Origin: Raphidiopsis brookii D9
Lineage (GTDB): Bacteria > Cyanobacteriota > Cyanobacteriia > Cyanobacteriales > Nostocaceae
Reading direction: 5' to 3'
Length of the DNA stretch: 32,000 nt
Assembly (NCBI GenBank): GCA_000175855.1
Contig: ACYB01000046.1
Span: 150,001 to 182,000, forward strand
The notes under the pieces were generated by a model. That model saw only the letters and a program-made list of their open reading frames with translations, searched no databases and was not told the DNA's origin. Below are positions 12,246 through 22,215 of the stretch, piece by piece. The position numbers were made by a program, and so were the translations under genes. Each line of letters begins with the position of its first letter. Positions within the stretch are counted from its first letter, which is position 1.

Positions 12246-12770
12246 TTAAATATAGAGATTCTCTACCGCGATGCCCCGATCTTCAGCGACTTCAGCAAAT
12301 GTTCGCAGTGTAGATAAAGCATTAACAGCAGCTCTGGCGTTATTTAAAGGATTGTTAGAACCTAGTTGTTTAGCTAGAACATTACGTACTCCAGCTAATT
12401 CCAACACAGTTCTGACTGCACCACCGGCGATTACACCAGTACCTGGTGCGGCTGGGCGCATAATCACCTTAGCTCCACCACCAACACCATCAATGGGATG
12501 GGGAATAGAGTTAGACTTAGTGATAGGAATTTCAATCAGATGCTTTTTGCCATCTGCGACACCCTTTTTCACCGCTCCGATCACATCGGAAGCCTTACCA
12601 ACTCCCACACCCACCTGACCACGTTCGTTGCCAACGATGACAATTGCCCGGAAGCTGAGTTTTTTACCACCTTTGACCACCTTACTGACACGACGGATTT
12701 GAATCACCCGTTCTTGCCAGTTGGTTTCTTCTTTCTTCGCCTTACTTGCCTTACGACGACCCGTTGCCAT
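12246..12770 (-). CDS. rpsE: 30S ribosomal protein S5
   Basis: [34 protein letters not shown]; start MATGRRK at 12770 preferred. Confidence 0.97.
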   Translation of the reverse strand: MATGRRKASKAKKEETNWQERVIQIRRVSKVVKGGKKLSFRAIVIVGNERGQVGVGVGKASDVIGAVKKGVADGKKHLIEIPITKSNSIPHPIDGVGGGAKVIMRPAAPGTGVIAGGAVRTVLELAGVRNVLAKQLGSNNPLNNARAAVNALSTLRTFAEVAEDRGIAVENLYI

Positions 12771-12790
12771 AATCACTTTTCTCTCAACGT

Positions 12791-12810
12791 CAGTTGTCAG
12801 TTGTCAGTTG
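12791..12810. repeat. Heptamer tandem repeat (CAGTTGT)x2 plus CAGTTG
   Basis: cagttgtcagttgtcagttg in the rplR-rpsE spacer. Confidence 0.7.
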
Positions 12811-12833
12811 GGACTTTTTCCCCACAGAAAACT

Positions 12834-13196
12834 TTAGAAATCCAAACCTGCTTCCCGTGCTGCCTCAGCTAAAGCCTGAATACGACCATGATAAAGATTA
12901 CCACCTCGATCAAATACGACCTTAGTAATACCCTTTTCTAAAGAGCGCGCTGCTATTAACTTACCAACTTGGGCTGAAGCATCACAGTTAGCACCAGAGG
13001 CCAAATCAGACCTCAACTGAGGGTCTACTGTTGATGCTGCTACTAGTGTACGATGTTGTGTATCGTCAATAATTTGAGCATAAATGTGCTCATTAGAGCG
13101 AAACACTGATAGACGTGGACGTTCTGGGGAACCGTTGACTTTACCACGTACGCGCCTATGGCGACGTTGTTTTGATTCTCTACGAGTAAGTTTCAT
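12834..13196 (-). CDS. rplR: 50S ribosomal protein L18
   Basis: [20 protein letters not shown]...[28 protein letters not shown]. Confidence 0.97.
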   Translation of the reverse strand: MKLTRRESKQRRHRRVRGKVNGSPERPRLSVFRSNEHIYAQIIDDTQHRTLVAASTVDPQLRSDLASGANCDASAQVGKLIAARSLEKGITKVVFDRGGNLYHGRIQALAEAAREAGLDF

Positions 13197-13198
13197 GT

Positions 13199-13747
13199 TT
13201 ACTTCTTACCTTTACCACCAGTCTTACCGGCTTTACGTCTTACCACTTCACCGGCATAACGAATACCTTTACCTTTATAGGGTTCCGGGGGACGAACAGC
13301 ACGAATTTTAGCTGCCGTGTTACCCACCACCTCTTTGTCATAACCACTAACAATGACATTAGTGTTATTTTCAACAACAAATTGAACTCCCGCTGGTGGT
13401 TCGATTTGCACCTGGTGGCTATAACCAATATTCAATACCAGATTGGCACCCTGCACCTGAGCTCGATAACCTACCCCCTGAATTTCCAACCGGCGTTGAA
13501 AACCTTGGGAAACTCCCTCCACCATATTGGCTACCAAAGTCCGGCTTAAACCGTGCATTTGTCGGGAAGTGCGTGTATCATCACGTCTGGTGACTAACAA
13601 TGTTTCTCCAGATTGAGAAACTGTGACGTGGGTGGGTAGATCACGGGAAAGCTCCCCCTTGGGACCCTTAACCACCACCTTTGTACCATCTATTGCCACC
13701 TGTACTTTGGCGGGAATAGTAATTGGACGTTTACCAATACGAGACAT
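13199..13747 (-). CDS. rplF: 50S ribosomal protein L6
   Basis: [21 protein letters not shown]...[29 protein letters not shown]. Confidence 0.97.
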   Translation of the reverse strand: MSRIGKRPITIPAKVQVAIDGTKVVVKGPKGELSRDLPTHVTVSQSGETLLVTRRDDTRTSRQMHGLSRTLVANMVEGVSQGFQRRLEIQGVGYRAQVQGANLVLNIGYSHQVQIEPPAGVQFVVENNTNVIVSGYDKEVVGNTAAKIRAVRPPEPYKGKGIRYAGEVVRRKAGKTGGKGKK

Positions 13748-13837
13748 GAATTTTGTCCTTTGTCAGTTATGAGTTGTGAGTATGAGTCATCTGGAATTGG
13801 CCTGGGTCGCTCTACTCCCGAACTCCTGAGCTTGTTT

Positions 13838-14240
13838 TTACCAAACGTAGCAAAGCACTTCACCACCCAGGTTCTGGCGACGCGCTTCCCGGTCAGTCAT
13901 GATTCCACTAGAGGTGGAAATAATCGCGATCCCAATACCACCTAGGACTCTTGGCAGTTCCTTTTTGTTGGAATAAACTCGCAACCCAGGTTTACTTACA
14001 CGTTTTAGAGTCGTGATTAGAGGTTGACGACTTTTACCTTTGTATTTCAGAGAAATAACTAGGTTACGTTTTACCCCTTCTCCCGCTTCAGTGTACTCGG
14101 AAATAAACCCCTCTTGCTGTAGAACCTTAGCAATACTACGAGTCATTTTTTGTTGCTGGCACTTCCGTTGTTTGATGCCTTGCCAGGTTAGCATTGCGGA
14201 TGCGCGTCAGCATATCTGCAATTGTGTCGTTAGCGGCCAT
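13838..14240 (-). CDS. rpsH: 30S ribosomal protein S8; frame broken by a 1-nt insertion in the A6 run near 14146-14151
   Basis: 14240..14136 translates [31 protein letters not shown] then NDS-stop. Track ORF 13838..14194 supplies [18 protein letters not shown]...GEVLCYVW. Together they make a normal S8. Confidence 0.93.
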
Positions 14241-14260
14241 CGTTCCCTCTTTAGATGAAC

Positions 14261-14809
14261 TTATTGATCCCGAAAGGGCATTCCCATTTCTTTAAGCAAA
14301 GCACGACCTTCTTCGTCGGTTTTGGCTGTGGTGATAATTGAAATATCTAAACCACGGATTTGATCGATTCTGTCGTACTCGATTTCTGGAAAGATTAGTT
14401 GTTCTCTCACCCCTAGGGTGTAGTTACCTCGACCGTCGAAGCTTTTGGCACTAACCCCGCGAAAATCGCGAATTCTGGGTAAGGCCAAACTAATCAACCG
14501 ATCCAAGAAAGCATACATCCGTTCGCCTCGGAGAGTCACCATAATGCCCACGGGCATGCCTTGACGAATTTTAAAGCCAGCGATCGCCTTTTTTGCTCTG
14601 GTCACCACTGGCTTTTGACCAGTAATTAGAGCAATTTCACTTAAAGACGCTTCCAAGGCCTTAGCATTTTGAGCCGCTTCGCCCAAACCTCGGTTAACAG
14701 TAACTTTCAGCACTTTAGGTACTTGATGCACATTAGTATACTGAAACTGTTGGGTTAGTTTGGGGACAATTGTTTGGCCATATAAAGTTTTGAGTCTAGT
14801 TGTCGCCAT
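14261..14809 (-). CDS. rplE: 50S ribosomal protein L5
   Basis: [50 protein letters not shown]. Confidence 0.97.
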   Translation of the reverse strand: MATTRLKTLYGQTIVPKLTQQFQYTNVHQVPKVLKVTVNRGLGEAAQNAKALEASLSEIALITGQKPVVTRAKKAIAGFKIRQGMPVGIMVTLRGERMYAFLDRLISLALPRIRDFRGVSAKSFDGRGNYTLGVREQLIFPEIEYDRIDQIRGLDISIITTAKTDEEGRALLKEMGMPFRDQ

Positions 14810-14813
14810 TCAC

Positions 14814-15161
14814 CTACTTATCCAAAATCTCACCTGTTTTCTTCAGCATGCGCACTTTTTTGCCGTCTTCGGTAAAAGTGTAACAGACACGACTAGCAAT
14901 GTTTTGCTTAGTAGAATAGAGCATCACATTAGAGCTGTGAATGGGATACTCCTGGCTTACAATCCGACCAGATTCGCCTTCCTGTTGAGGTTTAACGTGC
15001 TTGGTCTTGATGTTAACACCCTTAACAATCACCCTGCTGTCTTGAGGTAATGCTTTAATCACCTCGCCCACTTTACCCTTATCTTTACCAGCAATCACTT
15101 GCACAGTATCACCGGTTTTGACGTGCATTTTATGGAACACCTTGGGTTTTACCTTGGCCAC
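14814..15161 (-). CDS. rplX: 50S ribosomal protein L24
   Basis: [28 protein letters not shown] (KOW motif). Confidence 0.95.
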   Translation of the reverse strand: MAKVKPKVFHKMHVKTGDTVQVIAGKDKGKVGEVIKALPQDSRVIVKGVNIKTKHVKPQQEGESGRIVSQEYPIHSSNVMLYSTKQNIASRVCYTFTEDGKKVRMLKKTGEILDK

Positions 15162-15529
15162 TACAGCACCTCCGGAGCAAGAGAAACTATTTTCGTAAAG
15201 TTTTTATCCCGTAATTCCCGAGCTACCGGTCCAAATACCCGTGTACCTTTGGGATTACCTTCTTTGTTGATAATTACTGCTGCATTATCATCAAAGCGAA
15301 TACTCATGCCACTGTCACGGTTAATGCTCTTTTTAGTCCGAACTATTACCGCTTCCACCACATCAGACTTTTTTACAGCCATATTGGGTTGGGCATCCTT
15401 AACAACGGCGATAATTCTATCGCCCACGCCACCATAACGGCGATTGCCAGCACCCAGTACTCTTATGCACATTAGCTTGCGGGCACCGCTGTTATCGGCA
15501 ACATTGAGGTAGGTTTGGGGTTGAATCAC
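15161..15529 (-). CDS. rplN: 50S ribosomal protein L14
   Basis: [26 protein letters not shown]...[13 protein letters not shown]. Confidence 0.98.
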   Translation of the reverse strand: MIQPQTYLNVADNSGARKLMCIRVLGAGNRRYGGVGDRIIAVVKDAQPNMAVKKSDVVEAVIVRTKKSINRDSGMSIRFDDNAAVIINKEGNPKGTRVFGPVARELRDKNFTKIVSLAPEVL

Positions 15530-15586
15530 AATTAATCTCCCGATAAAAGTTGTTAATCAAATAACAACCTAGACAACAACCATTCT

Positions 15587-15832
15587 TCAAGCTTTGACAT
15601 TGAGGATTTCCGTCACTTGCCAACGCTTGGTTTTGCTCAGGGGTCTAGTTTCCTGAATCCGAACCCGATCGCCCACTTTGCAGCTGTTTTCCGCATCATG
15701 AACCTTATAACGCCGGGTTTTAACCACGGTTTTACCGTACTTAGGGTGGGAAGACCGGTTTTCCACCGCTACCACCACAGTTTTTTGCATTTTATCGCTG
15801 ACTACCAAGCCAACTCGTTCTTTGATTGCCAT
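15587..15832 (-). CDS. rpsQ: 30S ribosomal protein S17
   Basis: [39 protein letters not shown]. Confidence 0.96.
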   Translation of the reverse strand: MAIKERVGLVVSDKMQKTVVVAVENRSSHPKYGKTVVKTRRYKVHDAENSCKVGDRVRIQETRPLSKTKRWQVTEILNVKA

Positions 15833-15838
15833 AATCTT

Positions 15839-16066
15839 CTAGTTGCTTTCTTGGTTCGGTTGACTACTTGCACGTTTACGCTCTGTCTCTACTGTTAGTA
15901 GCTGAGCCAAACGCTGGCGGGTATGTTTAAACCGGTGGGGTTTTTCCAACTGTCTAGTGGCCTTTTGTAATCGCAGTTGAAATAGTTGTTTTTTCAAACT
16001 CACTATTTCCTCAGCCAGTTTTTCATCACTTAATTCTCGAGCTTCTGAAATCTTGGGAAGAGGCAT
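15839..16066 (-). CDS. rpmC: 50S ribosomal protein L29
   Basis: LSDEKLAEEIVSLKKQLFQLRLQKATRQLEKPHRFKHTRQRLAQLLTV. Confidence 0.95.
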   Translation of the reverse strand: MPLPKISEARELSDEKLAEEIVSLKKQLFQLRLQKATRQLEKPHRFKHTRQRLAQLLTVETERKRASSQPNQESN

Positions 16067-16069
16067 AAC

Positions 16070-16495
16070 CTACTCCTGCTCCTGTGGTTGAGAGCGGACA
16101 ATAAACTTGGTTTTAATGGGCAACTTATAAGCAGCCAAGCGCATAGCTTCACGAGCTATTTCTTCAGACACACCAGCGATTTCAAACAGAATCCGACCTG
16201 GTTTGACCACCGCCACCCAAAATTCCGGATTACCCTTACCAGAACCCATCCGGGTTTCCGCAGGACGCATGGTAACAGGTTTATCTGGGAAGATGCGGAT
16301 CCAGATTTTACCACCCCGGCGAATATAACGAGTCATTGCCCGACGGGAGGCTTCTATTTGGCGAGAGGTGATCCAACATGGTTCTTGGGCTTGCAGGGCA
16401 AAATCCCCAAAGTTCAGGGTGCTACCACGGTGTGCTAGACCCTCCATGCGTCCGCGTTGTTGTTTGCGGAATTTCGTTCTTCTAGGACTTAACAT
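16070..16495 (-). CDS. rplP: 50S ribosomal protein L16
   Basis: [19 protein letters not shown]...[30 protein letters not shown]. Confidence 0.98.
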   Translation of the reverse strand: MLSPRRTKFRKQQRGRMEGLAHRGSTLNFGDFALQAQEPCWITSRQIEASRRAMTRYIRRGGKIWIRIFPDKPVTMRPAETRMGSGKGNPEFWVAVVKPGRILFEIAGVSEEIAREAMRLAAYKLPIKTKFIVRSQPQEQE

Positions 16496-16502
16496 GGTTT
16501 GT

Positions 16503-16537
16503 CGATTGGTAGTTGGTAATCGGTGATTGGCAATTGG
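16503..16537. repeat. Degenerate heptamer tandem array (5 consecutive 7-mers ending in GG)
   Basis: CGATTGG TAGTTGG TAATCGG TGATTGG CAATTGG in the rplP-rpsC spacer. Confidence 0.7.
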
Positions 16538-16573
16538 TTGTGACTAGTTTTGTTCTAGCCACCCGTCACCTAA

Positions 16574-17329
16574 TTACGCTTCATTTGACCGGTCTTCAAA
16601 TTGCTGGCGACGGCGTTGTTGTTGACGACGACGGGGTTCACGCTCTCTGGTTACTGGTTGGGAGACAATGTCTTCTTGTCCGGGAATAATCTCTCCCTTG
16701 AACACCCAAACCTTAACACCCAAAATTCCGTAAACCGTTTGAGCTGTACAGTAGGAATAGTCAATATCAGCCCGTAGAGTATGTAACGGTACTCTTCCTT
16801 CACGAGTCCATTCAGTTCGAGCAATTTCCGCACCGTTGAGACGACCACTCACCTGCACTTTGATTCCCTGTACTCCTGCTCTTTGGGCCCTTTGAATCGC
16901 TTGGCGAACTACGCGACGAAAAGAAACGCGTCTTTCTAGCTGTTGAGCAATGTATTCAGCAATTAAATAGGCATCCGCATCTACTTTTTGCACTTCTACA
17001 ACGTTGATGCGCACTTGTCGGTGACTGCCCAACAACTGCTGGAGTCCAGTACGCAGGGCTTCTATACCCTGTCCACCCCGGCCTACAACCACACCGGGTC
17101 TAGCCGTCCGCAGCTCTAAATCAACCTGGTCAGCTTTACGCTCAATGTGGATCTCAGAGAGACCAGCATTATTTTGAGCGTTTCTACCCAGCTTTTGTTC
17201 TATGTACTGACGGAGTTTGTGGTCTTCCTGTAGCAGTTCCGGATAGCGACCAGGAACTGCGAACCAAAGGGATTGATGTTCTTGTGTTATACCCAGACGA
17301 AACCCGACTGGATGAATTTTCTGTCCCAC
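16574..17329 (-). CDS. rpsC: 30S ribosomal protein S3
   Basis: [15 protein letters not shown]...[23 protein letters not shown]...[11 protein letters not shown]. Confidence 0.97.
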   Translation of the reverse strand: MGQKIHPVGFRLGITQEHQSLWFAVPGRYPELLQEDHKLRQYIEQKLGRNAQNNAGLSEIHIERKADQVDLELRTARPGVVVGRGGQGIEALRTGLQQLLGSHRQVRINVVEVQKVDADAYLIAEYIAQQLERRVSFRRVVRQAIQRAQRAGVQGIKVQVSGRLNGAEIARTEWTREGRVPLHTLRADIDYSYCTAQTVYGILGVKVWVFKGEIIPGQEDIVSQPVTREREPRRRQQQRRRQQFEDRSNEA

Positions 17330-17405
17330 AAATGCTTCCTCTAAAATTTCTGACTGTACTCACACAACCCAATTATTTGTAGCTGTGGTTGTAACCCTAT
17401 CTGAC

Positions 17406-17759
17406 TCATTGAGCAGCTTCTCCCACAGCAACAGTAATATGACAGGTCGGTTTACGAATCTGGTAAGCTCTCCCCTGGGCCCTGGGCTGGAATCTCTTTA
17501 AGACTGGGCCTTGATCCGCATAGGCTTGGGTAATTACTAGACTCGCCCTGTCTAATCCAGCATTATGTTCGGCATTGGCAGCGGCACTTCTTAATACCTT
17601 TAACACTGGCTCACAAGCACGATAAGGCATAAATTCCAGGATGATTAGTGCCTCCCGATAAGATAGACCCCGAATTTGATCTAACACCCGCCGCACTTTA
17701 TAGGGAGAAACGCGGATGTATCGAGCGATCGCTTTAACTTCTGTAGTATACGTTGCCAT
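17406..17759 (-). CDS. rplV: 50S ribosomal protein L22
   Basis: [22 protein letters not shown]...[18 protein letters not shown]. Confidence 0.97.
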   Translation of the reverse strand: MATYTTEVKAIARYIRVSPYKVRRVLDQIRGLSYREALIILEFMPYRACEPVLKVLRSAAANAEHNAGLDRASLVITQAYADQGPVLKRFQPRAQGRAYQIRKPTCHITVAVGEAAQ

Positions 17760-17817
17760 AATTTACTCCGTTTAGGGCCACATGTCACCAGCTTGGGGCC
17801 AATGACTAATGACATAA

Positions 17818-18096
17818 CTATCTCCCCGATTTTTTATCGGTTTTTCCGTGGCCCCTATAGGTACGAGTGGGAGCAAATTCTCCCAACTTGTGTCCCACCA
17901 TTTGCTCATTCACAAACACTGGCACATGTTGTTTACCGTTGTGAACTGCAATAGTATGACCTACCATAAGTGGCAGAATTGTAGAAGCCCTTGACCAAGT
18001 CTTAATAACTTGCTTTTCATTATTGGCGTTGAGCTTTTCAAGCTTGCTGAGCAAGTGATCAGCGACAAAAGGACCCTTTTTTAAAGAACGACCCAT
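17818..18096 (-). CDS. rpsS: 30S ribosomal protein S19
   Basis: [23 protein letters not shown]...[15 protein letters not shown]. Confidence 0.98.
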   Translation of the reverse strand: MGRSLKKGPFVADHLLSKLEKLNANNEKQVIKTWSRASTILPLMVGHTIAVHNGKQHVPVFVNEQMVGHKLGEFAPTRTYRGHGKTDKKSGR

Positions 18097-18141
18097 AGTT
18101 CAATCTCAGATTTTAGATTTTTGGGGTTTTGGATTTACATC

Positions 18142-19005
18142 CTAGGACTGACGACCGCCACGTCCCCGTTTAGAAGACTTACGACGACGACGTACAATCA
18201 ATTTACTACTAGCTTTTTTACGCTTTCTGGTTTTAGCACCCAAAGCTGGTTTACCCCAAGGGGTAACCGGACCCGATCTACCAATAGGTGCCCTACCCTC
18301 TCCACCACCATGGGGGTGATCTACAGGGTTCATCACACTACCTCTGACCTTGGGACGACGACCTTTCCAGCGATTTCTACCAGCTTTTCCTGCACTCAGG
18401 TTTCTGGCATCCGTATTGCCCACCTGACCAATGGTGGCGTAGCATTCCCGGCGCACCATTCTTACTTCCCCGGATGGGAGCTTTAAGGTGACATAGTTAC
18501 CTTCTTTTGCCATCAACTGGGCTGTTGCTCCAGCTGCACGCACTATTTGTCCACCTTTTCCTGGTGTCATTTCCACATTGTGTACGTTAGTACCTAGGGG
18601 AATATTACTCAGGGGTAGGGCATTCCCGTCTTCAAAAGGTGCTTGGGGTCCAGCAGTGACCTTTGCCCCGACCTTTAATCCGTTAGGATGTAATATATAC
18701 CGCTTCTCGCCGTCTTCGTATTCTAATAAGGCAATCCGCGCATTCCGGTTAGGATCATATTCAACTGCTATAACTGTAGCGGTTATATCCCGCTTATCTC
18801 TTTTAAAGTCGATAATCCGGTATAGTTGTTTGTGTCCACCCCCCCGACGACGGCTAGTTATCCGCCCTTGATTATTCCGACCTTTGGGTCTATGCACTGA
18901 TTCCGTCAGTGATTTTTCAGGTTCGGTTTTTGTGATCTCCGCAAAGTCTGAAATAGTTACTTGGCGAGTGCTAGGGGTGTAAGGGCGATAGGAACGAGTA
19001 CCCAT
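18142..19005 (-). CDS. rplB: 50S ribosomal protein L2
   Basis: [22 protein letters not shown]...[24 protein letters not shown]. Confidence 0.98.
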   Translation of the reverse strand: MGTRSYRPYTPSTRQVTISDFAEITKTEPEKSLTESVHRPKGRNNQGRITSRRRGGGHKQLYRIIDFKRDKRDITATVIAVEYDPNRNARIALLEYEDGEKRYILHPNGLKVGAKVTAGPQAPFEDGNALPLSNIPLGTNVHNVEMTPGKGGQIVRAAGATAQLMAKEGNYVTLKLPSGEVRMVRRECYATIGQVGNTDARNLSAGKAGRNRWKGRRPKVRGSVMNPVDHPHGGGEGRAPIGRSGPVTPWGKPALGAKTRKRKKASSKLIVRRRRKSSKRGRGGRQS

Positions 19006-19011
19006 AAACGA

Positions 19012-19037
19012 TTTTGGATTTTGGATTTTGGATTTTA
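19012..19037. repeat. Heptamer tandem repeat (TTTTGGA)x3 plus partial unit
   Basis: ttttggattttggattttggatttta in the rplB-rplW spacer. Confidence 0.75.
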
Positions 19038-19143
19038 GTATGGGAGGCCTTTGAGTTGGATGAGGATTTTTAATTGCTGCTTAAATATATCCAGTACATC
19101 TATTAGACATGACTTACTCAGCTTCAAATCCAATCTCAAATTC

Positions 19144-19458
19144 TTAAACGTCTGGGAACAGAACTTGTCTGATTTTTATTTCATCCCCGGATGCAATAGT
19201 CACCACAGCTTTTTTGTACTGGGGTTTAAAGCCAGTAAACTTCCCTACACGACGCTTTTTCCTGGGTGGTAGAGCAGTATTTACTTTAACGACTTTAACC
19301 TGAAACAAATCTTCAATGGCGGCTTTAATCTCGGTCTTAGTAGACTTAGGAGTGACCTCAAATGTGTATTTGTTCTGCTCCATCATGATGGTGGCTTTTT
19401 CTGTCAGGATGGGACGTCGCACTAAGTCTGGTAGGTTGCGGGGTTCAAGGTTAGGCAC
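19144..19458 (-). CDS. rplW: 50S ribosomal protein L23
   Basis: [48 protein letters not shown]. Confidence 0.96.
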   Translation of the reverse strand: MPNLEPRNLPDLVRRPILTEKATIMMEQNKYTFEVTPKSTKTEIKAAIEDLFQVKVVKVNTALPPRKKRRVGKFTGFKPQYKKAVVTIASGDEIKIRQVLFPDV

Positions 19459-20092
19459 TGTACACCTCTTGAATTTTGTTTAATGCTGAAGATGTAACTA
19501 CAATCTTGTCAGCGTGCAACAAGTCAAATACGTTCAACTGGTCAGCCGCAATCACCTTAATGTTTTCCACATTACGGGCTGAAAGACTGATGGTCTCCGT
19601 GCTTTGCCCAATTTCTGACAAAATTAGTAAGGTTTTTTGCTCCGCTGTTGCTCCCCAACGAGCTAGTGCTGCTACCAATTCCTTACTCTTAGGACGTTGC
19701 AGTTGGTCCGTGAACTCTTCTACAACTATCAAGTCTTCCCTACGGCTAACAAAAGCTGTGCGCAGTGCTAAACGTCTCTCTTTACGATTAAGCTTGATGT
19801 TAAAGTCCCTCGGTTTTGGACCGAAGATCACACCACCGCCACGCCATAATGGTGAACGAATAGAACCTGCTCGGGCACGACCAGTACCTTTCTGTCTCCA
19901 AGGTTTGCGACCGCCCCCTCGCACTTCTGCACGGGTTTTAGTGCTGGCTGTACCTTGGCGAGAATTGGTCATTTGTCTAACTAGGGCCCGGTGCACTATG
20001 TGGGACGCTGTCTCTTCTTTGGCAATTCGCAACTCGAAGCTGGTTTGACCAACCTCTTCCCCTTGCCAATTCTTAACTATACTCTCAACCAT
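19451..20092 (-). CDS. rplD: 50S ribosomal protein L4
   Basis: [48 protein letters not shown]; overlaps rplW by 8 nt. Confidence 0.97.
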   Translation of the reverse strand: MVESIVKNWQGEEVGQTSFELRIAKEETASHIVHRALVRQMTNSRQGTASTKTRAEVRGGGRKPWRQKGTGRARAGSIRSPLWRGGGVIFGPKPRDFNIKLNRKERRLALRTAFVSRREDLIVVEEFTDQLQRPKSKELVAALARWGATAEQKTLLILSEIGQSTETISLSARNVENIKVIAADQLNVFDLLHADKIVVTSSALNKIQEVYSA

Positions 20093-20118
20093 TTTTTTGT
20101 CCTTTGTTAGTAGTCAGT

Positions 20119-20136
20119 TGTCAGTTTTTACTGACA
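20119..20136. promoter_or_regulatory. Perfect 7-bp stem, TTTT-loop hairpin in the rplC-rplD spacer
   Basis: TGTCAGT-TTTT-ACTGACA. Confidence 0.4.
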
Positions 20137-20151
20137 GCTAATCAACTAAAA

Positions 20152-20790
20152 CTACTTATTACCAACTTTAGTCGTGGGCACTACGTTGACTAAGCCACCG
20201 GGTTTGCCAGGAATTGCTCCCTTGATTAATATCAGGTTACGTTCCGCATCCACTTTCACCACGGTCAGTTTACGAACGGTGACGCGACTACCTCCCAATC
20301 TTCCTGCCATCCTTTTACCAGGATAAACACGACCAGGGGTTGTACCCGCTCCAATGGAACCAGGGGCTCTATGGTTTTTGGAACCATGGGACATTGGTCC
20401 CCTGCCAAAGTTATTGCGCTTCTGGTTACCCGCAAAACCACGCCCAATACTCGTCCCAATCACGTCCACAATCTGACCTACACTAAAAATATCTGCCTTT
20501 ATCTCCTGTCCTAAGGCATAATCACCCGCCGCGTCAGTCCGATATTCGTTTAAATACCGCACTGGTCCTGCTGATGACTTTGCCAGGTGACCTAACTTGG
20601 GTTGGTTTAACGCTTTTGGTTTTACTTCCCCATAGCCAACCTGAATGGCACAATAACCATCCGTGGGTTGGGTTTTAACTTGTGTAACAGTGCATGGACC
20701 AGCTTTGATGACGGTCACGGGAATGGATACTCCCGCTTCATCAAAAATTTGGGTCATGCCCAGCTTGGTGCCGAGAATACCTACAGACAC
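20152..20790 (-). CDS. rplC: 50S ribosomal protein L3
   Basis: [20 protein letters not shown]...[33 protein letters not shown]. Confidence 0.98.
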   Translation of the reverse strand: MSVGILGTKLGMTQIFDEAGVSIPVTVIKAGPCTVTQVKTQPTDGYCAIQVGYGEVKPKALNQPKLGHLAKSSAGPVRYLNEYRTDAAGDYALGQEIKADIFSVGQIVDVIGTSIGRGFAGNQKRNNFGRGPMSHGSKNHRAPGSIGAGTTPGRVYPGKRMAGRLGGSRVTVRKLTVVKVDAERNLILIKGAIPGKPGGLVNVVPTTKVGNK

Positions 20791-21655
20791 AGTAACTGGT
20801 TCTCCTTAATCTAGTTGCTGACCTTGGGAGCGGATTTTCAGAGGATTTTACTACGCCCATAGCAGAATTGCTAGTGACGTAACAAACTGTGAGCCTACTG
20901 TTTGGTGAATCCGTCTATTGTTTCTCTTTTTTATCCACCAGAACAGTGATAATTACCTTTTTGATTGCAAGGCATTATTTCTGGTATCAGTGCAAAAGCC
21001 TATAGCTTTGCTTTTGTGCAGCAATGGGTTACACTGGTTACTTTGTTCCACTGCTCTGGCACTCTCCGTTCGCAACAGGACTTAAGCAGTTATGCTCAGT
21101 ATCCATTTCCTGATAAATTATCAGGTTGCTCTTAACACCTCAAACTATGGTTTGAGGATCGGCCCTAAAAGGGCTAGCCGGAGCGAACTATAACTCAACT
21201 TTGTTAACTCAACTTCTTTTTGGCTGTGGGTTAGGGGCCTTCGTTTGAGTTTTACCTAGTCTTACCTAAATTGTCTCCATTCTAGCAGCTTTTTTGGTTT
21301 TTTCACCAAAAGACTCAAGGTTTTGCGGTGCTTTTTCCCCAAGCGGCTAAATTGAGAAGACCACTAATGGCGCGGTTTAGTTACAACCTAATAGTGTAAT
21401 CCATAAACCCGGTTTTGTCGAGTGGTTGAGCAAAAATATTTTGGCAGAGGTAATTAACCAGTTATCTACTACTTGCTAACTTTTGGCAACCAGTGCTAAA
21501 CTGTGTTGAGGAAGTTGGAATTTATCTTCGTGCACTAGTTGATACGCTTTGGTTAAGGTTTACCCTTAGCTTATGCATTTGTTAACGTTAGTTAGCAAAT
21601 AAGTATCGGTGAATGATAATGATAGAGATATATAGGTTGGGTGGGAGAAAAATCT
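20791..21655. promoter_or_regulatory. Long divergent intergenic region between rplC (-) and ndhN (+) with several hairpins; probable promoter/leader region of the ribosomal supercluster
   Basis: 865 bp without a plausible ORF, between divergent genes. Inverted repeats at 20860-20873, 20991-21020, 21138-21157 and 21292-21311. Confidence 0.5.
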
Positions 21656-22131
21656 ATGGCACTAATTACCACTGGCAGTGGTTTCATCCGGGATTTAGAA
21701 AAATTTGGTTCCTTGGGTGTATTTGTTCCCTTGGAAGGAGGTTATGAAGGTCGCTATCGTCGTCGTCTCAGGGCTGCAGGATATGTTAACCTTCATATTA
21801 CAGCTAGAGGTTTAGGAGACGTAGCAGCCTATTTGATGGGGATTCATGGGATTAGACCTCCCCATTTGGGCAAAAAGAGTACCAGCAATGGTGCAGCGGT
21901 AGGTGAGGTACAATATTTACCCCCTTAATCTCTTCCCATTTAGCCCAGCTACCCCCGAATTCCAAAGGATTGTTATTGTGGGTGATTGAGGGCAATATTC
22001 TTTCCGATCAGGAAGTGGAATATTTCACCAATTTACCCCGGTTGGAACCACGGGTCAAGGTAGTGATTGAAAGGGGTGGCGATCGCTATTTTCGTTGGAC
22101 TCCCCTAGAAAAAACCTTACTGGCCAGTTAA
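21656..22131 (+). CDS. ndhN: NAD(P)H-quinone oxidoreductase subunit N; frame broken by a 1-nt deletion in a C run near 21922-21926
   Basis: Track ORF gives MALITTGSGFIRDLEKFGSLGVFVPLEGGYEGRYRRRLRAAGYVNLHITARGLGDVAAYL...GEVQYLPP-stop. The next frame continues ISSHLAQLPPNSKGLLLWVIEGNILSDQEVEYFTNLPRLEPRVKVVIERGGDRYFRWTPLEKTLLAS-stop at 22131. Confidence 0.9.
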
Positions 22132-22215
22132 TTGTATTTGATTACCGGCGAACCTATTCGCCGTTGGCCAGGTTGGGGTCCAGCTACACAAATTGAAGCA
22201 AGTGGTTAAGTAAAA

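Noticed and set aside
12271-12618. 115-aa plus-strand ORF antisense to rpsE, Pro/Ala/Thr-rich
   Set aside because: Composition follows from the Gly/Val-rich S5 sequence; shadow ORF.
14136-14194. Programmed frameshifting or transcriptional slippage to rescue rpsH, rca, ndhN and lpxB
   Set aside because: The runs are only 5-6 nt, usually too short for efficient slippage. No shared slippery heptamer or stem-loop was seen, and indel direction differs among genes; sequencing error is simpler.
18121-18486. 121-aa plus-strand ORF antisense to rplB
   Set aside because: Mirror of the conserved L2 frame, Thr/Phe-rich with no recognisable domain.
19476-20048. 190-aa plus-strand ORF antisense to rplD
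   Set aside because: Shadow ORF fully inside a highly conserved ribosomal gene; no domain-like sequence and low-complexity composition.
20791-21655. Hidden tmRNA, RNase P RNA or 6S RNA in the long spacer
   Set aside because: I did not recognise the tmRNA 5' end (GGGGCTG...GGTTTCGACA) or rnpB core motifs on either strand by eye. An Infernal scan would be decisive.
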